NCBI GenBank assembly: GCA_965261525.1
Contig: OZ253472.1
Span: forward strand, 2,852,601-2,916,600
Source of the DNA: Dehalococcoidia bacterium
GTDB taxonomy: Bacteria; Chloroflexota; Dehalococcoidia; Lucifugimonadales; UBA1123
Reading direction: 5' to 3'
DNA length: 64,000 nucleotides
Of the stretch, positions 27,050 through 36,906 are shown in pieces. The position numbers and the translations under genes are program-made. The first letter of the stretch is position 1; the number at the start of each line of letters is the position of its first letter. The notes under the pieces are model-generated. The model was not told the origin of the DNA and searched no databases. It worked only from the letters and a program-made list of their open reading frames with translations.

Positions 27050-29302
27050 ATGCCAGCAAAAGAGGACGCGCCTAGATTCTCGACTGTGACATCGCAAGCT
27101 ACATCTGACACACTTGACGCGCTCAAGTCCCAATGGGGTGATGCGCTCTCCGAACTCGATCCGTCAGGTATTGGGATAATTGCCCATATACTGGAAGGCG
27201 AAGCTACTTATGGCGAGGTTCGGACGTGTGTCGAGAAATGCGAAGCGGGCTGGCGGGTAGGGGTTTCTACTGACGCCAGATCTAACGCCCTGCCTCTAGT
27301 TGCCGGCCTTCTCACATCCAACGGCTTGGACATCTGCCAGGCGGACATCTTTACAATTGGCGCCGCCTCTCGCGCTACCGGGCAATCGCCTCGTCGTCAG
27401 CTTCCCAGACGACTGCCACACTCCGACCTCGGGTGGCGGAAGCGTCGAAGAGCGCGTTCTCACTACGCAACTCGCGGCGCACAGCGTCGGATTGCGATGC
27501 TATTTGAACTCAGGGAGCGTTCAGCGGGTATTCAGAGTTGGGACAAGATAGAGCCTGATATTAGAACTGCCGCAAGACAGGCTTTGACTGGACGGACAGA
27601 ATCCGCGATATCCGCTGTTATAGATCGGTTTGCTGAGGCTATGCGCGATGCCGGACAAGTCAGTGGCGACCAGCTGCCGATTGATATTTTCACCGATGCC
27701 GAGTCTTCTGAACGATACACGCTCATCACAATCAGTTCGATAGATACGCCCGGTTTCCTGTTTTCCTTCACCAACGCGCTCGCAAGCATTCACATCAACA
27801 TCGCGCGAGCGATGATACGGACATACGACGACATGGTTCGGGATACCTTCTGGCTTACCGACTCGTCGGGTAATAAAATCGAGGCCGACCGCAGGCTCGA
27901 TCAGCTGTGGGTTGCCGCCGCGCTCATCAAGCAATTCACTTACTATCTGCCCATTGCTCCCGACCCGGCGCAAGCTTTGCGCCAATTCAACTCTTTGACG
28001 TCCCAACTGCTCTCAATGCATGACTGGACCTCCAAGCTGCATGACCTCGACTCTCCCGATGTTATGGAGACACTGGCCAGGATGATGGGCATGAGCCGTT
28101 TCCTGTGGGAAGATTTCCTCCGAATGCAGCATGACAACCTGTTTCCCGTGCTGCTCGATGCCGAGTCCCTCAATAGACCCCTCTCATTTCAGGAACTGGA
28201 ATCTGCGGTTGACTCTGACCTCGAGTCCTGCGCCACACATGAGGAGCGCGCGCGCGTTCTGAACGACTTCAAAGATCGCGAGATGTTCAGAGTTGATCTG
28301 CGGTACATCACGGGTAGGGTGGGCCTCAGACAATTCTCGTATGAATTAACAGATGTGGCCGACGCGCTCGTGCGCAAGGCTTTCGAGATCAGCTTCGCCT
28401 CGGTATCGGCGCGTCACGGCATCCCACGCGCAGACAGCGGATCGGTCTGCGGCTGGGGAGTTTTCGCGCTCGGCAAGTTCGGCGGTCGGGATATGGGATT
28501 CGGATCGGACATCGAGTTGATGTTCGTCTATGAATCCGAAGGCATGACCGATAGAGACGAGCTTCTTCGCAACTCCACGTTCTTTGAGGAAGTGGTCAAA
28601 GAGTTTCTGACCGTTCTCGAAACCCGGTCGCAGGGCATATTCGAGATAGACATGAGGCTGCGCCCATACGGTAGCAAGGGTCCCCTGGCGTCATCGCTCG
28701 GCGCGTTTCAGGGTTACTACTCCCAGAATGGCGACGCGCGCCAATTCGAACGGCTCGCGATGGTCAGGATGCGTCCTGTTATGGGCGATACGGAACTTGT
28801 CAATTCGGTGATGTCGGTACAGGACAGATTTGTATATTCATCCGAATTGCTGGACCTCAGCGATATTCTCCACATGCGCCGAAGGCAGGTGAATGAGTTG
28901 GTCAATACGGGGGCCGTGAACGCCAAGCTGAGTCCGGGTGGCGTGGTCGACATCGAGTACTACGTTCAGGCATGGCAAATTGCGCTTGGGCGAGAAGACC
29001 GACAACTGCGGTTGACCAACACCCTGGAGGCGGTTGAAGCCCTGCGCGTAAGAGGACACTTCACCGAAACGCTTGCTGGAGGAATCAGCGAAGCCTACAC
29101 ACTGCTCCGCAAGTTAATAGACTGCCTGCGAATTGTGCGCGGCAATGCCAAGGACTTGAACATCCCCGCCCGGGATTCCAAGGAATTTCACAGGCTGGCG
29201 CACCGCATGGCCGAAGAGGGGGCCGACGACCTGAGCTTACGCATATCCGAACACATGGAATTTGCCAAGCGCCTCTGGGAAGATAACCCTCCTCCGCGAT
29301 GA
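27050..29302 (+). CDS. GlnE/GlnD-type nucleotidyltransferase with ACT-like domain
   Basis: ORF track (26885..29302); the likely start is ATG 27050 (MPAKED). ACT-like segment: ITISSIDTPGFLFSFTNALASIHINIARAMI. GlnE-like NTase: FALGKFGGRDMGFGSDIELMFVY...EIDMRLRPYGSKGPLA. Confidence 0.55.
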   Translation: MPAKEDAPRFSTVTSQATSDTLDALKSQWGDALSELDPSGIGIIAHILEGEATYGEVRTCVEKCEAGWRVGVSTDARSNALPLVAGLLTSNGLDICQADIFTIGAASRATGQSPRRQLPRRLPHSDLGWRKRRRARSHYATRGAQRRIAMLFELRERSAGIQSWDKIEPDIRTAARQALTGRTESAISAVIDRFAEAMRDAGQVSGDQLPIDIFTDAESSERYTLITISSIDTPGFLFSFTNALASIHINIARAMIRTYDDMVRDTFWLTDSSGNKIEADRRLDQLWVAAALIKQFTYYLPIAPDPAQALRQFNSLTSQLLSMHDWTSKLHDLDSPDVMETLARMMGMSRFLWEDFLRMQHDNLFPVLLDAESLNRPLSFQELESAVDSDLESCATHEERARVLNDFKDREMFRVDLRYITGRVGLRQFSYELTDVADALVRKAFEISFASVSARHGIPRADSGSVCGWGVFALGKFGGRDMGFGSDIELMFVYESEGMTDRDELLRNSTFFEEVVKEFLTVLETRSQGIFEIDMRLRPYGSKGPLASSLGAFQGYYSQNGDARQFERLAMVRMRPVMGDTELVNSVMSVQDRFVYSSELLDLSDILHMRRRQVNELVNTGAVNAKLSPGGVVDIEYYVQAWQIALGREDRQLRLTNTLEAVEALRVRGHFTETLAGGISEAYTLLRKLIDCLRIVRGNAKDLNIPARDSKEFHRLAHRMAEEGADDLSLRISEHMEFAKRLWEDNPPPR

Positions 29303-29348
29303 CAAAATTGGATCCAATTCCTGTGTCAGTGCGCGAAGAAAGTGAAAC

Positions 29349-29804
29349 ATGATACCAATTCGGGAAAAAGTGGACGATATGTTGGTTGTATCGCTGGTTG
29401 CCAGAGCGGTCATATCCATACTTGCCGGTTTCGTGTTCGGATTCGTGGGCTGGCTTATAGCGTGGCTACTTATTCCATACTTGGAATTCACTGGCTTTGC
29501 CTTGCCAATCACGGGTTCCATAGCGCTGGGTCTGGCGACTAGCATTACGGCCACATTGGTATTCTGGGATGCATACCACTCTCCCGGGCGCAAGGTCATC
29601 TTCGCGGCCTCGGTAATTGGATCTGCGACAATCGCCTGCGTCATAACATTCCTGATAACTATCAGCAATCCCAAGTACACCTACCTCACAAGAGGAGTTA
29701 TCTTCCCGATGATTAACTTTGGGACGTTCACGGCAACTTTCGTCGCAGCGGGATTCTATCTGTACAGAGAGATATTCCAGACCGCCGAATATCGTGACCG
29801 ATAG
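29349..29804 (+). CDS. Small integral membrane protein (4 predicted TM), unknown function
   Basis: ORF track, 151 aa; hydrophobic segments read by eye. Confidence 0.4.
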   Translation: MIPIREKVDDMLVVSLVARAVISILAGFVFGFVGWLIAWLLIPYLEFTGFALPITGSIALGLATSITATLVFWDAYHSPGRKVIFAASVIGSATIACVITFLITISNPKYTYLTRGVIFPMINFGTFTATFVAAGFYLYREIFQTAEYRDR

Positions 29805-29900
29805 GCAAGTCAAAGTCGACAATCCACGTATGGCATAGCAAAACGGCCCCAAGATGCATCTTCAGGGCCGTTCGATTTTGTCGGGTTTGGATAGCGGAGC

Positions 29901-30848
29901 TCAGTCCAACTGCCGCAGCCTCGGATCGAGCCTGTCCCTGAGCCAATCTCCCAGGAAGTTCAGTGACATCAGTGTCAGGAAGATAGCGGCCCCTGGCATT
30001 ATCACCTGCCACCATGCGGAGTCTATATAGTCTCTGCCCTCGGCCACGAGGACGCCCCATGCAGGCGTGGGGGGTGGAATGCCTGCCCCCAGGAAACTCA
30101 GCGTTGCCTCAGTAAGTATCAGTCCCCCTACGTTGAGAGTAGCTATCACGACCGCCGAGTTGATTACACCGGGCAGTATGTGCTTGAACATTATCCTGGT
30201 TGGAGAAGCTCCGGCGATTCTCGCCAGAGCCACGTAGTCCATCTGCTTGAGTATCAGCGTTTGCGCCCGCACAACACGCACGAATCCCACCCAGGCCAGC
30301 AGCGCCAGCATCACGAGCAGCAGCTGAAGGCTCTGACCGTAGAGTATCGTGGCGACCAGCACTACCATCAGGAACGGCAGAGCAAGCCATATATCAACAA
30401 TTCGAGTGATGATCTCGTCCCAGATTCCTCCCAAGTATCCCGCCAGAATTCCGATGGATGTCCCCGCGAGAAAACCGCTTATCAGCGAGATACCCGCCAC
30501 CATCAGCGATATTCGAGCTCCGTAAATGATTCTGGTGAACGTATCTCTACCCGCGTGATCCGTGCCGAGAATATGGAGCTGCCCTATTTCGCCATTTGCT
30601 TCCGCTGTCGGTGATATCCATCCCAGGCTCATCGGCGGGAGTTGCCGGTCCCGCACATTGCCTATCGCGTAGTCGTATGGAGTAAGCAAAGGCGCGAATA
30701 ACCCGGCGAGTACAAGTACGATGAGGATCACACTTGGAATGATCGGGTATCGGCGGATAAAGAACCACGCATTGCCAACAGCGCTGAATACGCCGGTCCT
30801 CCGTCTTAAAAGAAGGTCCTCAACGGATATTGCTGTGTCCGATGCCAT
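29901..30848 (-). CDS. ABC transporter permease (DppC/OppC type)
   Basis: ORF track, 315 aa. The EAA-loop region is ALARIAGASPTRIMFKHILPG. Six hydrophobic segments. Confidence 0.8.
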   Translation of the reverse strand: MASDTAISVEDLLLRRRTGVFSAVGNAWFFIRRYPIIPSVILIVLVLAGLFAPLLTPYDYAIGNVRDRQLPPMSLGWISPTAEANGEIGQLHILGTDHAGRDTFTRIIYGARISLMVAGISLISGFLAGTSIGILAGYLGGIWDEIITRIVDIWLALPFLMVVLVATILYGQSLQLLLVMLALLAWVGFVRVVRAQTLILKQMDYVALARIAGASPTRIMFKHILPGVINSAVVIATLNVGGLILTEATLSFLGAGIPPPTPAWGVLVAEGRDYIDSAWWQVIMPGAAIFLTLMSLNFLGDWLRDRLDPRLRQLD

Positions 30849-30863
30849 CTATGCCTGTCTCCG

Positions 30864-31802
30864 TCAAGAGTATCGAATGCGAGGGTCAATAAATGCGTAC
30901 AGGATATCCGCCAGAAGCGCAAATACCAGGTATATCGCTATGAAGACGAACACGGTTCCCAGTAGCAGCGGCAGGTCGTTGTCATAGACCGCCCTGGAAA
31001 GCGCGATCCATCCGATTCCGGGCCATGCGAAGATCGTCTCGACGACCAATGCGCCGTTCAGGAATCCTGCCATCAGAAGCAGAGCCGATGTCAGAGGCGG
31101 AATCAGCGAATTTCTGAGCGCGTGCTTCCATATTATCTTGGTACCGGACACGCCCTTGGCCCTGGCGAGCTTCACGAATTCCGAGTCCATTATTTCCAGC
31201 ATGGACGATCTGGTTAGTCGCATAATTCCAGCCGCCGGAGCCCAGCCCAAGGTGACGCACGGCAGTATGTAAAACTTGATGTCGAAGCTCCGGGGCCTCG
31301 TTCCTACGGGGAACCACTCGAACTGGACCGCGAATATCAGTATCAGCAGGATACCCACGAAAAACGCCGGAAGCGCCTGCCCAAATAGGGCTACCCCTCT
31401 TCCCAGGTAATCGAACACCGAGCCTCTCTTGACTGCGGCGAGGACTCCTATCGGGACACCGACGAGTATGGCGAATATCCATCCACCAATGGCAAGCTGT
31501 ACTGTTGCTCCGATCTTCCCGCCGATTATGGTCGTGACCGGCTGCTGCATACTCAGGGATTCGCCAAGATCTCCCTTGAGCATCCTGCCAAGCCACAGAA
31601 AATACTGGACCACGACCGGCTTGTCGAACCCCAGCTTATTGCCAAGTTCCTCCCAGGCTTCCGGTGATATGCCATACCCGGAATCGGGAACGAAAAGTTC
31701 CCTGGGGTCCTGCGCGACACGGCTAAGAGTAAAAATCACCACTGTAGCGCCAACTACCGAAACGAACATGAAGAGCAAACGTCTTGCGAAAAATTGTGCC
31801 AT
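30864..31802 (-). CDS. ABC transporter permease (DppB/OppB type)
   Basis: ORF track, 312 aa. MAQFFARRLLFMFVSVVGATVVIF..., FVKLARAKGVSGTKIIWKHALRN. Confidence 0.8.
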   Translation of the reverse strand: MAQFFARRLLFMFVSVVGATVVIFTLSRVAQDPRELFVPDSGYGISPEAWEELGNKLGFDKPVVVQYFLWLGRMLKGDLGESLSMQQPVTTIIGGKIGATVQLAIGGWIFAILVGVPIGVLAAVKRGSVFDYLGRGVALFGQALPAFFVGILLILIFAVQFEWFPVGTRPRSFDIKFYILPCVTLGWAPAAGIMRLTRSSMLEIMDSEFVKLARAKGVSGTKIIWKHALRNSLIPPLTSALLLMAGFLNGALVVETIFAWPGIGWIALSRAVYDNDLPLLLGTVFVFIAIYLVFALLADILYAFIDPRIRYS

Positions 31803-31865
31803 GGAATGACTCTCACATTAAATCGGTACTGATTGCGAATATATCATAGAGCTTTAGATAAATGT

Positions 31866-31906
31866 CCGAGGCCCCGATAAGTCGAGTAACCTAATTGGGG
31901 CCTCGG
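31866..31906 (-). promoter_or_regulatory. Intercistronic hairpin between the binding-protein and permease genes
   Basis: The 10-bp arms ccgaggcccc / ggggcctcgg are separated by 21 nt. The hairpin sits in the 172-nt gap after the SBP stop. Confidence 0.3.
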
Positions 31907-31974
31907 TCTTTGCATATCCTGCTTGGTATGTAACGCGCCCCACCGTTCGAGATGGAGCGCGCTTTCATTTCAGA

Positions 31975-34131
31975 TTACTGTCCCACCAGCCGGATCCACT
32001 GCGGCGTCCCAACGTTGCCGTAGTGTACCGGTCGGGAAGACCAGGAGGAGACCCTGTTCGGGTTCACGACGACGCCCTTCGGTATCTGGTAGATGCCGTT
32101 GTACAACTGCCAGTACAGGATGTAGTCGGCCGTCGCCTGGTGCAGTTCCTCGCGGAAAGCCTTGTCCTTGGAGGCGCGAATCTCCAGGTGGTTGCTCGAC
32201 AGAACAGGGGTTTCGAAGCCAACGCCCCAGCCCGGTCGGCTCAGAGCGCTGTCCACCGGCGGATACGGCCAGTCCTTCGGGAACTGGTTGGAGTTCACGT
32301 CGCCGTTCTTGACCACGGGATCGAACTGCACACGCTGGCGCATCCTCGGGCTTATGACTGAACCATAGTCCTCACGCTTCTCCACCACGTGCAGCCCGAC
32401 CTGCGACCATTGCGAAGTGATGATGTCCGCGATCTCCAATGTAACCTCGCCTGTCTCCGCCACATAAGACTGGAGCGTCACGTCGAAGCCCATTGGATAG
32501 CCTGCGTCAGCGAGCATCTGCCTGGCCGCGTCAGGGTCGTATGGCAGCGTCCAGGGCACGCCGTCCATCATGTCGTCAACCTCGCCGGTTTCCCAGTCCA
32601 TCGAGGGCGCCACCCTGTTAGGCTCCCAGCCGGGATACAGCGGACCCATGTACTCGGAATAAATCGCAGTCCCAAGGCCGCCCAGTACGATCTCGTTGAT
32701 GCCATCTCGGTCAATCGCCATGCCAAGCGCCAGGCGCACCATGCGCGCCTGCTCCATATCAGTCATTCCGGGCGGGTTATCGGTATCCGTGTAAAGTCCC
32801 ATCTTGCCCATATCTTGCCACGGATCGCCGATCCAGGGAATGTCGGTCTCGTATGGAGGAGCAAGCCAGGGGTCAACGTAGTCCGGAGCCTTCGCCGTAT
32901 TGCCAAGAGGTTCACCCGTAAGGGGATGGACCTCCTCCCACAGGTTGCCCGGATACAGTATTGACTGGCCAACATAACCGCCTGGGAAGCTGGAAAGGAA
33001 GGACAGACCTTCCGTGATCAGACCTGGCACCAACTTGAAGTCCAGGGTGGCTATGTCAGCCTGACCTGTCTTCAGCATCGCTACGCGAGAACTGTTCTCG
33101 GGAATCTGCAACTTGACGAACGTCTGGATAGTCGCTGGCTCGTTCCAGTGGTCGGGAACGGCTTCGGCAACACCTCGCTCGTTGTTTACCCACTCGCCCT
33201 GAATAAATGGGCCGGTGCCGACCCCATGGTCGCGCATCCACTCTTCGCCCATAGTGTCGAACACCGACTTGGAGCGAATCGAGGGCGCGGCGCCCAGAAT
33301 ACCGAACTGACTGAGTGGCAGCCCGAAGTAGGTCGGCGTCTGGAGATCCATCTCCAGCGTGTAATCGTCAACAACCCTGGATTCACCGAACACCGCGGCG
33401 AAGTCGCCGGCGTCGCCGGACGTGGACGTTGGGTTGGTGAAAGCGTTCTGCCTGTTTATGAACCACACAACGTCGTGCGCGGTCAAGTCGCCGAAATCCT
33501 GGCCCATGGCGTCCGCCGGAGAATTCCAAGGTATGCCCTGCTTCAGACCAATAGTAACCTTTGATCCATCAGCAGCCACTTCCCACGAACTGGCAAGATG
33601 CGGATACATTGGGTTACCTTCCTGCATCACGAACAGGTATTCAGTGATCGCCAAGTTCCCCGACTGCTCCCAGTCGCGATACGGAGCGATAGCGGGATCC
33701 CCAATCATTGGATTTACCAGATTGGAGACGAAGGTAACGGATCCAGCCTGCTCGACCATGCCGGTCATCACATCAGGAACGGGCGTCGCTATAACGATGA
33801 CCTCTTTGACGACCTCGACGATCTCAGTCTTGACCACGGTCTGGCCCGGAACCATTACTTCCTTCACCACTTCCTTTTCCACCACCACGGTCTGGCCCGG
33901 AACCATTACTTCCTTCACCACTTCCTTTTCCACCACCACGGTCTGGCCCGGAACCATTACTTCCTTCACCACTTCTTGGATGACGGTCTGGCCCGGAACC
34001 TCGACCGTTTTCACTACTTCCTTCTCAACTGTGATTATCTCGGGTTCACTGCTGCAGGCTAACGCCGCCACTACTAAGACGGCAGAGCCGAGGGCCAGAA
34101 GCCATCTCCCCTTCCTCAGAATATCAGACAT
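31975..34131 (-). CDS. ABC substrate-binding lipoprotein, family 5 (peptide/nickel type) with an N-terminal 17-aa repeat linker
   Basis: ORF track, 718 aa. The lipobox-like signal is LVVAALACSS. This is followed by about three EVMVPGQTVVVEKEVVK repeats plus degenerate flanking copies, and then the SBP_bac_5-like body. Confidence 0.75.
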   Translation of the reverse strand: MSDILRKGRWLLALGSAVLVVAALACSSEPEIITVEKEVVKTVEVPGQTVIQEVVKEVMVPGQTVVVEKEVVKEVMVPGQTVVVEKEVVKEVMVPGQTVVKTEIVEVVKEVIVIATPVPDVMTGMVEQAGSVTFVSNLVNPMIGDPAIAPYRDWEQSGNLAITEYLFVMQEGNPMYPHLASSWEVAADGSKVTIGLKQGIPWNSPADAMGQDFGDLTAHDVVWFINRQNAFTNPTSTSGDAGDFAAVFGESRVVDDYTLEMDLQTPTYFGLPLSQFGILGAAPSIRSKSVFDTMGEEWMRDHGVGTGPFIQGEWVNNERGVAEAVPDHWNEPATIQTFVKLQIPENSSRVAMLKTGQADIATLDFKLVPGLITEGLSFLSSFPGGYVGQSILYPGNLWEEVHPLTGEPLGNTAKAPDYVDPWLAPPYETDIPWIGDPWQDMGKMGLYTDTDNPPGMTDMEQARMVRLALGMAIDRDGINEIVLGGLGTAIYSEYMGPLYPGWEPNRVAPSMDWETGEVDDMMDGVPWTLPYDPDAARQMLADAGYPMGFDVTLQSYVAETGEVTLEIADIITSQWSQVGLHVVEKREDYGSVISPRMRQRVQFDPVVKNGDVNSNQFPKDWPYPPVDSALSRPGWGVGFETPVLSSNHLEIRASKDKAFREELHQATADYILYWQLYNGIYQIPKGVVVNPNRVSSWSSRPVHYGNVGTPQWIRLVGQ
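33838..34000. repeat. Coding tandem repeat, 51-bp unit, about 3 copies plus a degenerate one
   Basis: ggtctggcccggaaccattacttccttcaccacttccttttccaccaccac starts at 33838, 33889 and 33940. A diverged copy starts at 33985. Confidence 0.85.
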
Positions 34132-34256
34132 ATTCGCCTCCTACTTTCTTTACTGAGCTTCCACTTGGACACTGTGTCGCGCGAATCGGCGCATACTTAG
34201 CCAGCGCAGCTAAAATGCTTCACGAAATTCAAACACACCGCATCCATATTGTCAAT

Positions 34257-35408
34257 CTATCGTGTAGTCTCAAATTTATACACGTCGGCGCCCGGATTAT
34301 AGTCCACCCAAGCGAACCAGAAGAGCGTTATCGTAGGGATTTGGGCTAACTTCCTCCCAGCAAGCGGGCCACTCAATCCCCGTCCCGTAACTTTAGACCA
34401 TGTTGAGCCTGTCTCCACATCAGTAAGAATGTCCCGCCGCAGTTCGAACGTAAGCGCCCGTCCGCCAACCACGCGATTGAAGGCTGTAGCGCTCTCGCTT
34501 TCAGGGTCGAACGCGATCATTAGTGGGGTGCCGTTCAACTCATCATTGATTACCGGATTATCTGCCAATAAGGAGAATGGATAAGCCCTCGCTTGATCCC
34601 GCAGTTCGACGCCTAGCACGAACTCCTTTGCGGCGACACGGTCATCCATTAGAGTCCACCCGAACAGGCCAATGGAATTGTCGCCGTAGTAGGGCTTGTA
34701 GGGGTCGAACTTATACTGGTCGCTACTGCTTTTGTCCAGCGTTTTCGTGCCGGGATACTCGTCCAGCCACACTTTCCATGTCGTCAGCAGAGCTGGCAGG
34801 ATCTTCAGCTTTGCTCCTTCGTATGGGCCATAGATCGCCTCACCCGACACCTGGCTCCACAGAGAGTCGGTCTCCCTGTCGTACATCACGAGACCATTCA
34901 TGAGCAGTTTCCCAGAAACGGCGAGAGTAATTGGCTCACCGTCAATTTCTCGAGCATAGACCACGCCCGTATAGCAGAGCGGTCACCAGGTTGCGGCAAC
35001 GGGCCTTCCCGCAACCACATCGTTAACCACCTCATGCCAACTGAGAATCTTGATTGGGTACACCCTGGCGTCGCCATCAATCTCGATACCCAGTACAAGT
35101 TCATCGGGCTCCATCCACTTCGACGCCTCCTTCAAAGGGGCGAATACGGGTTCGAGAATCGCGGGAATCGTGTCCCTGGGCCTTACTGTTATCAGTTTGC
35201 CATCGGACGCTCTGAACTCCGATCCGCCCTCGACGGTGTGGAAACGGCGCGCCAGGCCCTGTGTATCGCCATAGGGCAGGGGAGTGGCGTCTTCTTCTAA
35301 CGGTTGGGCTACCGACTCTCCGCCGCAGGCTGAGAGACACAGCAGGGCAAAATACGCTAGCCCCCATGCCGCCGCCCACGTTATCCTGCCATCGAATCCC
35401 ATGTACAC
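34257..35408 (-). CDS. DUF3179-family lipoprotein interrupted by a single in-frame TGA (34983-34985) at the first Cys of the CPLC motif
   Basis: The two track ORFs (34983..35408 and 34257..34964) are in the same frame. The read-through sequence is ...VVNDVVAGRPVAATW-TGA-PLCYTGVVYAREIDGEPITLAVSGKLLMNGLVMYDRETDSLWSQ. The N-terminal lipobox is LLCLSACGG. Confidence 0.6.
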
Positions 35409-35446
35409 GAGCGCGAATCCCTCTGTAACGGCGCGGGGAGAATTTA

Positions 35447-35875
35447 TTAGAAGCGCCGCCTTCGTATAGCGGTAACTATGTCAAATGCAATAGGGACTGC
35501 ATTGGCCGCAATCAAGGCTCCCCACACCAGGTTCGACAGTTCCGCAATTCCTGGCATCCCCACCATGATGTACACGCCCCTGCCATATTCAAGACCTGCC
35601 CAGGCCCCCAAAACCCCCGCGACCACTCCCACCACTATTCTGACCGCCAGTTGCGCCCTGGTAAGTTCCAGCATTAGCGAACTTGCCGACGCTCCTATGG
35701 CCGCCCCTATGCCTATGGTGAAGACATTCATCACTTCATCGAAAAGCGGTGTAACCAGGAAGAACGAGTGCATGATGAATCGCACCATGACCCAGCCAAC
35801 AAATCCCGCGAGGCACGAAGAGAACACGCCGATACAAGTTCGGAATATAAACCAGGCTAGTCCAACGGATGGCAA
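35447..35875 (-). CDS. Small integral membrane protein (4 TM), unknown function
   Basis: ORF track, 142 aa. Lies downstream of the second ABC operon on the same strand. Confidence 0.4.
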   Translation of the reverse strand: MPSVGLAWFIFRTCIGVFSSCLAGFVGWVMVRFIMHSFFLVTPLFDEVMNVFTIGIGAAIGASASSLMLELTRAQLAVRIVVGVVAGVLGAWAGLEYGRGVYIMVGMPGIAELSNLVWGALIAANAVPIAFDIVTAIRRRRF

Positions 35876-35923
35876 CCGACTCCTCCAAGACGCGGATGAA
35901 GAGGAAGCTCCATCGCGTGTGCG

Positions 35924-36856
35924 TTACACCTGCCGAAGGCGTGGGTCGAGAAGGTCGCGCAGCCAGTCGCCCGTGAAGTTCAGAGACATCACGGTAAGGA
36001 AAATCGCCAGACCCGGCCAGAAGGAAATCCACCAGGCTATCCGGAGTTCGCCCTGTCCTTCACCTACCATCAAACCCCAGGCGGGGATGTTGGACGGAAG
36101 ACCCGCTCCAAGGAATGTAAGCGTGGCTTCGGCAAGAATCAGACTACCGACGTTCAATGTGGCAATAACAACGATTGTGTTCACTACGCCCGGCAGAATG
36201 TGCTTGTACATGATGTAGAAAGGCGACGCGCCCGCGACCCTGGCTAAGGCCACATAGTCCCTCTCCTTCAGAGATAACACCTCCGCCCGCACATTGCGAA
36301 CGAACGGGCTCCACGCCGTAAGCGCCAGAACGAACATCATCACCACGAGCGTCTGCCCCAGCACGATTACCACCACAAGAGCCACCAGCAGGAACGGCAG
36401 AGCGTACCAGATGTCCACGATGCGCGCGATTATTTCGTCAATTATGCCGCCATACCAGCCGCCTACCAGCCCCAGTGTCGATCCCACAAGAATGCCGCTG
36501 GTAAGAGATACTGCGGCAACCATAAGGGAAATGCGCGCGCCGTATATTATGCGGCTGAGAATGTCCCGCCCCAGATTGTCGGTGCCAAGAAAATACTCAA
36601 GATTGCTGTCCACCCGGTTCTCCAGACGATCAGCCCGTTCCTCGGCAGCCCAGATCGGAGGCACGTATTGGAGAGGAAGAGTCTGCTTAAGCGGGTCGTT
36701 TGGAGCCAGAACGGGCGCGAAAACAGCGAAGGTCGCCATTATGCTGAGAATGACCATCGGAATCACAGGCCACTTGCGGAACACAGTCCAGCCGCGCCGT
36801 AGAACGCTGCGCTGACGCTGCTCGATCCTAGCCTCGAACGCTATGCCTTCATTCAT
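35924..36856 (-). CDS. ABC transporter permease (DppC/OppC type), paralog of 29901..30848
   Basis: ORF track, 310 aa. ALARVAGASPFYIMYKHILPG. Confidence 0.8.
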   Translation of the reverse strand: MNEGIAFEARIEQRQRSVLRRGWTVFRKWPVIPMVILSIMATFAVFAPVLAPNDPLKQTLPLQYVPPIWAAEERADRLENRVDSNLEYFLGTDNLGRDILSRIIYGARISLMVAAVSLTSGILVGSTLGLVGGWYGGIIDEIIARIVDIWYALPFLLVALVVVIVLGQTLVVMMFVLALTAWSPFVRNVRAEVLSLKERDYVALARVAGASPFYIMYKHILPGVVNTIVVIATLNVGSLILAEATLTFLGAGLPSNIPAWGLMVGEGQGELRIAWWISFWPGLAIFLTVMSLNFTGDWLRDLLDPRLRQV

Positions 36857-36906
36857 TATCGCTTGGCCTCTTCAGCTCTCTTTTAGTTTCGCTGATTATC
36901 TCTCGG

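Noticed and set aside
26885-27126. 242-nt overlap of the divergent AP-superfamily and GlnE-like ORFs as drawn in the track
   Set aside because: Both have plausible internal starts (26958 and 27050) that remove the overlap and leave a normal divergent promoter region. The N-terminal extensions have odd composition.
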